The notes under the pieces: generated by a model
Told to the model about the DNA's origin: nothing
Databases searched by the model: none
Seen by the model: the letters and a program-made list of their open reading frames with translations, nothing else
Translations under genes and position numbers: made by a program
Shown here: in pieces, positions 25,581 through 38,350 of the stretch
How positions within the stretch are numbered: position 1 is the first letter of the stretch
Layout of the letters: each line of letters opens with the position of its first letter
DNA from: Camelus dromedarius
Lineage: Eukaryota
Length of the DNA stretch: 64,000 nucleotides
Direction: 5' to 3'
NCBI RefSeq assembly: GCF_036321535.1
Contig: NC_087438.1
Location: 2,420,001 to 2,484,000, forward strand

Positions 25581-27574
25581 GATTAACCTCTAAAGGTCCC
25601 CCTGGAAGCCATCAGAAACCTGTGAACGACCCTGTAAGGGTCCGCCGACTCACAGTGAATGTCATCCTAGGACAGGTACACCCTGAGCTTACTTTCCAGT
25701 AAATTTTTGGAATCAGTGTGTGCATGGTTTTTCTGTGATTTGTCACGTTAAAAATAAAACTTCAGATTAGCTTTGTTTTAACTGGTTTGGTACCAATGAA
25801 CCCGTTGGTGGCTGTTTGTATATTATTAACAACATACACTTTAAGAAAAGGAGAGTAACCATGTCTGACCACTCATAATTTTTCCACATTTATATTAAGC
25901 TCAACACTGTATAATTTTACTATAAATTATTTTTCTTTTTTGGGGGAAACTGGGCCAATATTTGGTATCTCTGTTGATCTGGCCCTGTTACTTTTTCTAG
26001 GCTTTCTCTAATATTTTAGAAAATCTGTGGCTGTAACTACAACTTGGAAACAAATAAGAAAATGAAAAACAAACAAATAAACCAAAACTACCTACAAGTC
26101 ACTTTCCTGGCAACCATCTTAGACTGGCTAACAGATTAAAGAGATCTTTAACAACGTTTCTTCATTTTGCCTTTTCTAGACTGGAGACTGGAAATTTTCC
26201 TGGAAAAGGTGAACTTCCCAGGTCAAGCAGGTGGTTTAGGAATTGCCAGCTGTGTTTCTATTTTCCAAGCAGTGGCTCTTTTTATCTTGTTTGTTTGTTT
26301 TGCTACCTACAAATGTGCCTTTTAAGTTTTTTTTTTTTTTTTGTTAACTTTAACATTTTCTGATGAGTGGATTGAATCCTTCAGTCTGTAACCACCTTAC
26401 AATTAAGAAAATTTTGAAAATAACAAAAGACGGCTAAAAACCTAGGAATATGTTTCACACTAACCATTGCTGTGCGAAGTTTATCATTTATGCTAAAGGA
26501 ATCTTTTGGATGAGAAATGCATCCTGTACTCAGATAAAGAAAGGAAAAAGAGACACAGGACTCGGTCACCGAGATCTCATCACCCCAGTCTTCCAGCTGT
26601 CAGAGTGGAAACGTGGCTGGAAATCAGTACTGTTTTATTTAATTTTCCCTCTAAATCAAATTGCATCAACAAGTGGTTTTCGTGTTCTGACTTTCACGGT
26701 TCAGCAATCTTTAGTGCCAGAATTGTTTTTCTTTAAGATTGTGGGCATTGATGCTATTACTAATTTGTGATAAATTAAAGGTAATTTTAACTGTTTTTTA
26801 AAAAAGATTAAGTTTGGAAAGCCACAGTATTTCAACTTATTAGTATATTTTTACTGCCTTGAAACAATAATCGAATAAATGTGGACTGCAATCCTGAAAG
26901 GGTTGAGTTTCACAGAGCTCGCCTTTCCGTGAGTAGTTACAAGAAGCCAGAAGGCAAGTCCACGCTGAGAACGCCATTGTTTGTATGTCTTTATTGGACA
27001 ATCAGTTAAATGCTTTTCTCCCTGCCCTTGGATGAAACATCTAGTAAACTCCTAGCAGAAACTGAAAGAAGCATTTACATCCCTTCGAGACTTGCTGAGG
27101 CTGTGACCTGTGTTAGACACCAGCTAACCCGTAACAGAGTGGTTGGAAACATCATCTTATCTCCAGTCCCAGTGGATATTGGAATGCCGCCACATAACCT
27201 TGACACTTGAAACATTTCTGCCCCAACTAAATCTCAGCAGGAATTTCCTCAGGGAGTGCTTTAAAGTAAATACAAAATAAATGGATAGAAAAGAGAAAGA
27301 TGACTCTGTCCATAAACCAGTAGTAGCTGGTTTCTTAAATATCTGCAAAAGAGGAAAGGGCTGCCGCACAGTCAGACCACTAAGTCATCCTTCGCAAGCA
27401 ACCAGACGAAGCCTGCGGAACCGCAGGGCCCTGGATTCCCCGGGGGCTCCCACCTCTCGTGATGACGCGTGCAGTTCTGCCCTTGGGCTTCTGGCCGGTG
27501 TGATCCTCGCCAGCAGTCACCTGCTTGGGAGACACCGCCAGTTTTTTCAGTTTCCTTTTGGACAGATTTTGCTT

Positions 27575-27700
27575 TAGTGACGTTTTGACCCCAATCACGT
27601 GATAAGTGAAGGGAGTGTGACGTTCCTGTCTGCGGCGGCGGGGCGGGAAGGAGCCCCCTCCCGTCTCCCAGGAAGGACGGGCGGGCTGCGCAAAGCTCGC
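27575..27700. promoter_or_regulatory. Compact promoter/enhancer-like motif cluster
   Basis: TGACG (27578), CCAAT (27591), palindrome ATCACGTGAT (27594-27603), TGACG (27618), GC box GGGGCGGG (27640-27647). Confidence 0.45.
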
Positions 27701-28039
27701 TGTGAGGACTGCCTGACAGCCCGTGGCAGGGACAGTCCCCAGTCCTGCTGAGAAGGGTCCAGTTAGGGGACGAGGTTACAAAGGCACCACCTCTTCTCAA
27801 AATCCTGGCAGAGTCAAGGGGAAAACGAAGACCCACTTCTGTGACTCAACCTCTGGCGTGAGTTCTGAGGGAAAGCACAGGGTCTGAGCGAGAGGAGGGG
27901 GTACTGTCACCCACAAGGCAGCAAGACTCAGAGTATTTACAGTGCAATTACAGCCTTATGGACAGAGTAGGAAACAGTCTCGATTGTGATATTCAAAGTT
28001 CATTTCTATACATGCAGTCCTGAGTCTAGATCTTTGAAT

Positions 28040-28170
28040 TATTTATTTTATTATTATTTTTTAAGTTGAATATAGTTGATTTACAATGTTGTGTTAGTTT
28101 CTGGTGTACAGCAAAGTGATTCAGTAATATGTATATGCATATTCTTTTTCATTATAGGTTGTTATAATTA
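28040..28170 (-). mobile_element. Short L1 3' tail
   Basis: T-rich run followed by gttgatttacaatgttgtgttagtttctggtgtacagcaaagtgattcag. Confidence 0.85.
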
Positions 28171-29523
28171 TTTATTTTAAAGTATTAGTATTATTTTAAA
28201 TGCCACCTAAAATTACAACCGATTGTAGCCCTCCGTGCCCCTAAGGGGGCAGTGGGATTTCATTCCAAGTTCATGGCCATTTTTAAGCCACATATCCTGA
28301 TGGGATACCTTGGTGGGAAAAAAAAAAAAAAACAAAGAGACAGCAAAACTTCCACCCATGGGAAAGGAATGGAGGTTTGGAGTGGGAGAGAGGAAAGAAG
28401 AAAGGAGATGAGCAGGACTGGAAGGCGTGGCGTCAGGACGAGGGAGGACCTCTCCCCGCAGCGCCAGCCTCTGTGAGGTGACTGTCGCACAGATATTTCT
28501 CCATCCCCCGACCCAAGCTCACAGCCGCCCTGCAGGGGTGGTGTTGGGAGGAACCCAGGTAAGAGGGCTGGCGAGGCCGTGTGGGGCAGATAGGTGAGCC
28601 CAGGCAAGAGGAAACACAGCCAGCATCAGGGTCAGGAAGCAGCGGAGACCTGCACAAATCTTGGGGGCCGAAAAAGCATTTCCCATTAGACAGAGACTAG
28701 GGAGTTTGACCCAATTAGATGGGACTCCCAAGAAGAAATTGGTTTCCACTGATATCTGGATTGAAAAAAGAATGTTTTTTGAGAAAGTTTTAAATTTAGA
28801 ATTAAAGTTAAAGTTAAAATTAAGATGGTAAAGACACAGCTGATGTGGAGGGAGATACTTTATCACATACAATTCAATAAAGTCTTTAATTCCAACTTTG
28901 ATTTGGTCAGGTAGGCTTGCAAAATTTCTATAACTGAGTGATTAATTTGATCACATGTCTTCTATTTCACACGTAAAGCCCAGTGTTCCCATGCTGTTTC
29001 AGTTTCATAGTTACTGTGTTGATTCTTCATAATCTTGGCGAACAGACCAAGCTTATTTTCAGATTTGAGATGAATAAAAAGAAGGTACAAATGATGATGT
29101 GCAGAATCATTCCCCCAGTTTAACGTAATGATGAGAAGGAATTCTGGATCTTCTTCACACGTAGCTCAGTGTAGTTTCTACCAGACCTACTACCTTAGGT
29201 GCTAGCCTGGCACGGACTGAAATTTCAAGCATGCTTTTCAATGCATCAGTGTTGTTTATCCCCCATGGTTGTGGCTGTGGTGGAACGTTCTTGTTAATCA
29301 AATATTCTCTTACTTACCCGGAAGGGTGCCACCGAAGCTATGAGAGGACCAAAGATTTTTAAAGAATTGCAGCACAGGTAAACATACCCAATAAAAAACA
29401 TGCTACATCTATAATAAATTCATTTTCTAACATTATTACAGAATATACCTCTGTATCTTGATGAAATGTCTTTGAAAATCCAACTTAATCATAAAAAGTC
29501 ACTGTAGCTGTGCAGACGTGAAG

Positions 29524-29527
<4 letters not shown>

Positions 29528-29555
<28 letters not shown>
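29528..29555. repeat. (TG)n microsatellite
   Basis: Perfect TG run. Confidence 0.95.
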
Positions 29556-29557
<2 letters not shown>

Positions 29558-30667
29558 CTGTCTGTCTAGAGTGTCATAAAAAGAGAGAAATCTCTAATTT
29601 TCAGAAGTCATTTGGCCTGCCTGAATCATAATTAAAGGTGCCATCCTCAGTCTCCAGCTATTGATTCTATGCGTAAATCAATATACCGAGGAAACCTCCG
29701 TAAGTTTCTTCACAAACGGTATTTTCACAGACTTCTTGAGTCAATCGTGCAGCAGATGTAAGAAAATGATATTCCTTTGCACTTCTTTCCTTGGGTTTAA
29801 CAAGACCATCAATCCAGCTTTTCCAGCAAGGTTTATTGATGCTCGCAGTGATTTTGAATTTTTTCTACTGACAGGTGCTTATTTCTTATTAACCTGTATT
29901 ATAATCTCTCTATTTAGAGAACTAAGATATCAGCTCGACTTGTTGCAGCTGATGGAGCGGGACAGCTCCTCACCACCCACTCTGCGCTGCGCAGACACGT
30001 CTGGTGCAGTGGGAGTGAAACGGGGAGTGTAGTTACACCAGGAATATAACGGCACAGTGACTGAATTCATTAAAACTTGCTTTGCACAGACCGCTCAGAT
30101 CTAGTGTTTCAGCTACATTGTAGGGAAATTCTGTTATTTTTAGTTGAGATTTTAATGATACTTTCTACATTTAAAGAAAACCAGAGAAGGTTGTTTAAAA
30201 ATTAAAATGACAGCAGATCATGTTTCCCGTACCAGATCTTTTAACTAAATAAAATGGAAATTAGTATTTGGAAGGAGAAAAAAATCAGCAGAGAAGGACA
30301 CATCTAGTCACCGCTGAATCGCGCAGCTGCAGCCCGGGATGACGGCACCCAGCCCCGCGTCTGCGCGCCGCCCTTATCAACGGTTCCCACGTGCTGACTC
30401 CGAAATCCAAGTCACGTCTTCGGGCGACATGGGCCTGGCCCTTGTCATCCCCACCTCTGCTGGCTGGCGGGGGTGAGACACGGGGGGTGAAGCGCCTTTC
30501 CTGAGGCTACGAAATAAGGGCGGATGTGCCTTGGGAGACAGGCTGCAGCCCTGCTCCCAGCCTCGGTGGTTCAGCAGGTGTCCTGGTTCTGGGACGGTCA
30601 CTTCTGACCACGCCCCATATTAACCTGCAGTCACGCTGATGTTGGGTGGATACACAGCAAATGCTGG

Positions 30668-30670
30668 ATT

Positions 30671-30717
<47 letters not shown>

Positions 30718-30721
30718 TTTT
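30668..30721. repeat. (TTTA)n microsatellite
   Basis: Perfect TTTA run. Confidence 0.95.
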
Positions 30722-30815
30722 AGTACAGATACATGGATTCTTATTTCATTCATTTAAATTATAACACATTGTTATTATTATTCATTCTCTATTTTGTTTT
30801 TGCTCTCCCCCTGTA

Positions 30816-30940
30816 TTTTTTTTCCAGATTTAATTGGGGTGTAATTGACATATCATATAAGTTTAAAAGGCACAGCATAATAATATGCCACACATGTATA
30901 TTTCAAAATGATTACAACAACAAAGTTAACGGACACACCC
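30816..30940 (-). mobile_element. Short L1MA-like 3' tail
   Basis: ttttccagatttaattggggtgtaattgacata...taagtttaaaaggcacagcataat...aaatgattacaacaa. A similar tail lies at ~32206-32300. Confidence 0.6.
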
Positions 30941-31599
30941 TATTTTTACAGACCTATGAGAAGTTCACTGTCAAGTACTAGACCCAATGCTGTGTGTGAC
31001 TGAACAAATGTTTTTGTTAGCACCTTACATAGCTTACGGAGTTTCCAAAAATATTAAATCCAATGAAGTATAATTAACATTTAGGCACTACTCAGTCCAC
31101 TGATATTTCTGAATTCACAGGGTCCTCGGGTATTTGAAGACCTAGGAGACAAGTTTAGCTCTGCCGAGCTGGCTTACCATTGGATGGTAGATGCTGGTCT
31201 TGACAGACGCTGAAAGTTTAATAGGCACTGCAGACACCTGTTTGAAGAGCTAAGCTTTCTTTGTTTTTAATCGCAGTGTTCTACATCTTCTGAAGGACTA
31301 AGTTGCAATTATGGTATTATTCATGTTTATCATCTAAAAGCCATGTAATAGTGAGTTTGGGTTCAATAACAACCATCTATCACATTCATAGTTCCTGGTA
31401 CCATTACATGAATTCTGATCTATCTTTAATTTTTATTTTAATCTATTGTGCCTATGTTTTATGTACAAGGTTCCAGTTACTTTTTTGAGGAGTATTCATG
31501 ATACAGAATATACATAAAAAATATCCTGAAACATAATTCCTAAATAATAGAGTTAAAAATCAAGATATTTAATATATTTAATTATAAAGATATGACCAA

Positions 31600-31910
31600 C
31601 AGTAGTAATGGTTACAGAAATCAGTCTTATATCCATAGTATGGAATTTTACACAGCCATTGAAAGGAGAGCTTTAAATTGTCTTAATATCATAATATTAC
31701 ATCATAATATAATATTAAATGAAAAAATATATACATAGTATGTTTTAAAATCCATTTTGAAAATAAATTTTAGGTAAAAGGAAAGAGGGATATCCCTCAA
31801 ACTGTTGACGCTTCCTGAGCAGAGAAACTTTGAGTAAAATTAATATTTGTCTTATAATTGTTTTGGTATTTCTAAATTTCCTACAATGAGCATTTGTAAT
31901 AAAAAAATCA
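31600..31910 (+). mobile_element. Ancient L1ME-like 3' fragment
   Basis: tatatccatagtatggaattttacacagccattgaaa...tttctaaatttcctacaatgagcat. Confidence 0.55.
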
Positions 31911-32459
31911 ATGTTCTAAGCACAAATCAAAATTAGTTTGATTTCCCTTTACCTTTTGCTAATGAAATTACATCTGAGAGTTTTCTGGAGTTTTATGTTT
32001 CCTCCAAAGGCATCCTTATTAACTCAATTTTTTTTCTTTGTAAGAATATTGTAAAATGAAGGGAGCTTTAAATATCTTTTGATGGGACAGCCAAATGGTA
32101 GAAATGACTTGAAATGAATGCTCCTTAAGTTTAAAATAATACTAATACACCTTTTATTAAGACTAATTATTATTCTTATAGAAGCTTCGTGACAATAAGC
32201 TATACTTTTCCCCCAGCTTTATTGAGTTTTAATTGGTGTATAACATCATGTAAGCTTAAGGTGCACAACGTGTTGGTCAGTGAAACATAAACACGTTATC
32301 ACATCAAAAGTGTTGTAACGGCCACATCATTAACTTTGGGTGGAGGAATGTCACAGCTTTAATTCATCACTGCCTCTAGAGAATATGTAGACATGTTCCA
32401 AATTTACAAGCATTTGTTGAGGAGACAGGAAGAGGTATATGATACAATGAATATGTGTT

Positions 32460-33470
32460 TAATGAGTTATCCCTTTGGCGGATGAATTAACAGGATTTTG
32501 GTAGGAGGCAGGTAGTGCCCACATGTTGGGTACATTGAGGACAGTATAGCAAAATGACTGTGCAGGGAGCTGTGGGAGGTGTGCAGGGAACCAGAGGACA
32601 TGTGCTGGTGTCAGTGGGGTGAGGACATGAGAGGAAACCACCTGGGCTGGGAGTAGTGTGTGGGGACCACCCTCTGCTGGGTGAGCTACTGAACCAAACT
32701 CATGTCTGCTCACCCCAGTGCAGTAACGCCAATCTATTGCCCCCAGGTGGTGGTGAAGGAAAGTGCAGTGTTTATTGCAGGCGCCCAGCAAGGAGTCTGG
32801 GCCACTGGTGCTCAAAAGATCCAAATTCCCAAAGGGTTTCAAGGAAAGGTTTTTAAAGACAAGGTGAAGGATGGAGACTGTAGGGTGTGTGATCAGCTCG
32901 TGGACATTCTTCTGATTGGTCAGTGGTGAGGTCATTGGGAGTCAACATCATCACCCTTCTGGTTCTAACCATCTGGGGTCCACGTGCTGGGGGACAGCAC
33001 ACAGTCAACTTCTTCCACCTGATGGAGGTTCCAGCCACTGCAAAACAGCTCAAAGGACATGGCTCAGAATATTAACTGTAGCCTTTGTGTAGGAACTAAA
33101 AGTCTTCAACTTTGTTTAATTGTTTTGTCTTGCCTGACTGTTTTCCTTTCTCTCTGCATTTCCTCACTTCTATTACTAAGTCTACTTGTTGGAACTTGTG
33201 GAAGTCTAGGAGGCTAAAGCTTTTCTACAAATAAGAGGCAGGTAGAGGACATGGGGGGCTGGGGAGGCCCCATAGGGCCCCACTCAGTTACAGGTAGATG
33301 GTTTGGGTAGACTGCTGCGGCCAGCCCACAGGGCGGGGAGCTGGAACAGACCCCTGACCTCAGTCCCCTGATTCCTGCCTGATTCCTCCATGGGCCTGAC
33401 CTGAGCAGGAGCTGATCCCCACAAGGCGGGGAGAATGTGGTGGGGCAGAATGGATCTGAAGGGATGAGTG
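32460..33470. mobile_element. Old MaLR (MLT1-like) LTR interrupted by the ERV1 LTR
   Basis: The right flank cagacccctgacctcagtcccc...ttcctccatgggcctgacct...aatggatctgaaggga resembles old MLT1 LTRs. Diverged, boundaries approximate. Confidence 0.4.
32684..33292 (-). mobile_element. Solo ERV1 LTR
   Basis: Ends agctactgaacc...cagttaca, read as TGTAAC on the minus strand. Minus-strand AATAAA (tttatt ~32771), tttaaa TATA-like region, CCAAT (ctgattgg ~32912). 4-bp TSD ggtg/ggta. Confidence 0.85.
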
Positions 33471-35500
33471 GAGGATTTCTATCCCAACAAGAATGCGGGT
33501 AAGGACAGGCCAACTGTTCCAATAAATGCCATAGTCACACACTTTGACATTTCCTTCTTCCTCAAGATACAGTCCAGTGAAGTCAGCGGCAGTGAGGGTG
33601 GGCAGTGGCTGCTCTGTATGTCACCCCCCCAGGATCCTGGGGTGACTTCTATCCTCTTTTTCTTCTGGGGAGAGGGAGGAGGTTGACAGGGGGCATGACT
33701 CTTATCTTGAGTGACTGCTGGTTACCAGGCATGTATCCAACTGGGAGTCAAGGAGACCTCTGGCCAAGAACACAGTAGATTTGGCTCCAGGCTCTGTCAA
33801 GCTCTGCTGTCATGAGGCAGGATTTACTAAATGCATTTCCTGAACTGCAGACCAGATCCACACCCTCTGGTGACCGTTCTTGCAGAAGGAACCCTGACCG
33901 TAGAGTCTGACTGACTGGCCCAACCCCTGCTCCCTGGTGTGTGAAGAGGTTAAAGTCATCCTGTGGGGTGTGTATTGTCCAACAGTGTGGAATCCAACCC
34001 AAAATAATGTCCTTGTTTTCTCTCCCTGTCCTTTACCTGAGCAGGACTGAGGTATAGAAGGTTGAGGAGGACATAAAGCAACCTGGATCCTAGTATTCAA
34101 GCAAAAAGGCCACATGTATCTCTGTAACGACACCATCGCAAATGCTCTGAAGTCAGCACGTGATTAAATGTATAACACAGAACAGGTTCCCTCAAGGAGG
34201 AAGGTATTACATCCGCACCTGAGGCTTTTTAAATAATAGCCCTATGGGCTGCCGAGGTAAGTAATTTTACTTTCTCAAGTGGACTTATTAGTAATCGGAA
34301 GTCCTAGAAAAATGGGTCACTAACAGTTTAAAATAAAAGATTTGCTTCTCCGGTATCTCACATGGATCCAAATTAGTATTCTGTGTTCATCTGGGCCGTG
34401 GAGAGATTCATAGCCTTTCATGTCTGAAACCTAATGATCAAGGGCAGAACTTCTGCTCAGCCCTGGAGTCGGGAAGGAAAAGAGTCTTCGCATATGGTCT
34501 CATCACTGAGTTTTACTGTAAGACCACGGGAAAGAGATCCTCGCTGCCTTTTATTTCCGTAAAGCACACAGGCTTTATTTTTGTCTTGACACTTTCAAAA
34601 ATTAAAATGGAAATATTTTAAGATTCAAGCTGTTCTTAGACCCTATGTTTTATTCCTCCAGTGGGACAAGTTTTACAATTTTCACCCCAACCCTAGATTG
34701 GATAGTGTTAAAAAAAAAAATCAAACAAACAAACAAAGCCTCTGGAAGAAAACAGTCATCTTTGAATAATTTACTTCTTTCAACATAAGCTTCCCGTACA
34801 TGTAGGTGAAGGGGAATTTAAACTATGACTGTCATCCAAATTCAAGTTAAAAAATTACTCTGATCCTTCCAGCATGGTTTTATTCACGAGAACATCACCC
34901 TGTGATCACTGCCATGACTCTCCCTCGTCCTCCGGAGTCCAGATGTCTCAGAAGGACCAGTGTCTGAAGGGCGCTGCACTCACCCCCACGGCTCTGCCGG
35001 GGAGAAGGTCCCTTTCCTCAGAACTTCGCCATCACGAGTACAGACCCTCGGAAGTCTTCCTGGGCACACTCATCTGGACTGTCTTCAGTGGACTGTGGAC
35101 CTGGGGTCTCGGCATCATGCCTGGAGTTTATCAGCTGCCCCCCGCCCATGAAAAGCCGCAGCACCAAGCCATGCATGTCTGTGGTGGTCTGAGTCTGATC
35201 TGAGCTGAACTAGTCCAGATTTGAATTCAGTGGTACACAGAGTATATGATACCGGTTAGCCCCACGGCGGAAGTGTTATGACGTGTAAGAGTTGCTCATC
35301 TGTTTCCAAGCACCGGTAAGTAGCGTGGTTCTTAGAAGGACTTGGGAAAAAAATGATGTACCAGAAATTATTAAGTAATTTAAGATTCAACCACGTAACA
35401 AAATATTTAACTAATTTTATTGAATTTTTCCCTTGCTGTTGATCATATAAGCATAATAAGCATGAACAAACATTTATTAAACATCAAAAATTTTCCCATT

Positions 35501-35593
35501 TGTACATGCGTGACCGGGACACTGTGCTGCGCACCAGAAATCGACACATTGTAACTGACTGCGCTTCAATTAAAAAAAAGAAAAAGAAAAAAA
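35501..35593 (+). mobile_element. Very short L1 3' tail
   Basis: caccagaaatcgacacattgtaactgact...ttcaatt plus poly(A). Flanked by similar aattttcccatttgt / aatttccatttgt. Confidence 0.8.
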
Positions 35594-36869
35594 CAATTTC
35601 CATTTGTGACTTTGACAATGGGGTAAAATATAAGAGATTGTGCTCTGCTCCCCAAGAAACGTTTATTCTAATTAGAGGAAAAAAAGTAATTATAAAAAGA
35701 ACAAGGACAAAAACAATGAAGCTAAATTTCCATAATTCAGGACCAGAGTGAGCGTCCCTGTTTCTAAACTGTAACATAAAGGCGGGGGGGAAGGTGGGCC
35801 CAGCTTCTAGAGCTGAAAGGCCCGTCAATGTGTTTTTATAGACGAAACACTAGAAAATAAGAAATAGTGTAAATAGTAGTATTTGATAGTTATTAATATT
35901 ATGTGTTTATATATAAACCCATTAAAACATGTTTGAACTCAATGTGTAATACTATCACATAAAAATAATACTCGTTTCAGCTAATAATAGGACAACGGCG
36001 ATAACAATGATATTTATCAGTACAAAATACTAGCAAACAAAAGAGTGTCTCCATTGTCCTTGACTCCCAGGAGCATTCTTCCCTCCCGCCACAGCTTCTG
36101 CGAGGACTTCTAAGGACCCAGACAAAGGCCGAGGGAGGACCATCCTCCGGCGCAGGGAGCATGGGATGCTATGGTCCACTCAGAGCCCTCACGTCCCGCA
36201 CATGCACGTGGTGACAGCCTCACATCCCTCAGTGACTCCTCCGCTGCCTGGTGCTTCCTGGAGAGGGGATGGTCCTAGAGCTTGGCCCTGCCGCCTCCTG
36301 CGGCTGCTCCTGCTCCCCTGTCACAGGGGCAGAGGTGCCCCTCCCTCTGTGCCCTGGAGCCCAGACCCCTCTCGGCCAAGAACATTCCTCCAGCAGTGTC
36401 TCCCTGCATCATCCTTCTCTTCCTCTCTTCTAAATTGTTCTACCCACAAGCACAAATGTGCCGTTCCCAAGCCCTATCAGGACCATGTTTATTTACTTTT
36501 TAAAAAACTTGCTGGCACAGGCTCTCTTCACTGTCTTGCTTCAGGACCTGCTATGTTGTGGGAGAAACGTTTCAGGGTGCGGGATGCCAGAGAGGGTCAT
36601 CTGCTCACCCGCCATCTGTCTGGCTAACCAGGCATCTGTCCATCCATCCATTCATCCACCATCTGAATTTCTACCAGAAACTAAACAGTGATGGTGGTCG
36701 GACATACTTATTTCCAGTCTCCTCCACATATAGAGAGCATACACACTTACATAAGTAATTTGTGAATTTTACTACTTTTGGAGAAATTAGAATTCCAAGA
36801 TACTTTATATTCTCTGTGGTTTCTCCCCCAAACATGGCCCCATTCTCCATCTCCTTGTATGTACCTACT

Positions 36870-37270
36870 ACTGTGAATGCGTACCTTTCCACATCATTTT
36901 TAATGCTTTTATATACACATTCATTAAAATTTTAGAGCATTGATTTGACTTTTTAGAACATACAGTATTACACTATATTTATAGCTTAGCAGTTTGAGTT
37001 TTGCTTACATAATGTGTCTTCAGAGATCTTCCCGTATCCATAAATATGCTTATTTTTTTTTGTTGTTTTTTGTTTTTAACCTAAGGATATAGAAGCTCTA
37101 TTTACTGTTCTTCTGTAGCTGTTTATTCATTCATTTTACATTCTCTGTTTTATTTATTTATTTTTGGAGCTAGTACAGATGCTAACATTTTTGTAATGCA
37201 GCTAAAGTGGAACTGCTGGATAATGGGGAATGCACAATTTTAATTTTAATAGAAACTACTGGAATATTTC
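36870..37270 (-). mobile_element. Ancient L1ME-like fragment
   Basis: ctaaagtggaactgctggataatggggaatgcacaattttaattttaatagaaactact. Confidence 0.55.
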
Positions 37271-37909
37271 CGTCATAGCCAAATTAGCCGGTTGGGGCTG
37301 CGGCGTCCTCAGGGAGCCGGCACCTGCAGATCTCAGGGCAGGGCACACACCTGCGCCTGCACTCACGGGGGTGCAGGCTGGGCTCGCGGGCTTCAGAGTC
37401 TTCATTTCTGGGTCTGGGATGCAGGGGTCCCGGCTGCCTGGGCACATCTGCTCCTGGACCCTCACCACGGAGGCAGAGGCTCTGGCGGCAGGTCCAGTGA
37501 GCCTGCTGCTCAGTGAAGCCTTCCTTCCGCTGCGGGGAGGAGACACGCGGCCGGTCCCACGTCGGTGGCAGCGCGCAGCGCCGTCTCCTGGCAACGGCGT
37601 GGAGGTTCTATTGGCGGACGGCGGCCAAGACCGCTGCCCCCGGGTGTCCGGTGTCCTCCCGGCAGCGGGGACAATAGCACGTCTTCCTACAGCCCCCATC
37701 TTGTCACCCCGACCTCTTTTCCCCAAATAAGGAGGGAAAACAAACTCGTTACCACTTTAATTCAGGTTTCGTTGCTTGCCGGTGAGCCTGGGTTTCTTCT
37801 CACGTGTGCACTGGGTACCTGTACCTGTATCTTACTTTTCTGCAGGTTCTTTGTGACGTGTACTTCGTTTCCCTGTGGTGTGCGGCTCCTTCCTGGCTGC
37901 GGGAGGTAT

Positions 37910-38350
37910 CCTTTTTCTTTTCCTTTTTTTCCCCCTTTGTAATACAATTTTTAAAGGTTACACTCCATTTACAGTTATTACAAAATATTGGCTCTATATT
38001 GAGGTGCATGTTATCTTTTCAAATTAGTGTTTTTGTTTTTCTCGGATATAAGCCCAGGAATGGGACTGCTAGGTCATATGGTAGCTTTATTTTTAGGCTT
38101 TTTGAAAAACCTCCATACCGTTTTCCACAACGGCTGCTCCAATTTACATTCCCACCCACAGTGTGGAAGGGTCCCTTTCCCCACACCCTCTCCAGCGTCC
38201 GCTATCTGAGTTCTTTCTGACGACAGCCATCCTGACAGGTGCGAAGTGATGTCTCATTGTGCTGCTGATTTGCGTTTCCCCGGTAAGATTAGCGGTGCTG
38301 AGCATCTTTTCAGGGGCCGGTTGGCCACCTGCATTTCCTCTTTGGGAAAA
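37910..38350 (-). mobile_element. L1 3' tail joined to ORF2 C-terminal fragment
   Basis: T-rich run, then aaaggttacactccatttacagttattacaaaatattggct, then cccaggaatgggactgctaggtcatatgg...ccaatttacattcccac. Minus translations EEMQVANRPLKRCS and TMRHHFAPVRMA are L1 ORF2-like. Confidence 0.85.
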
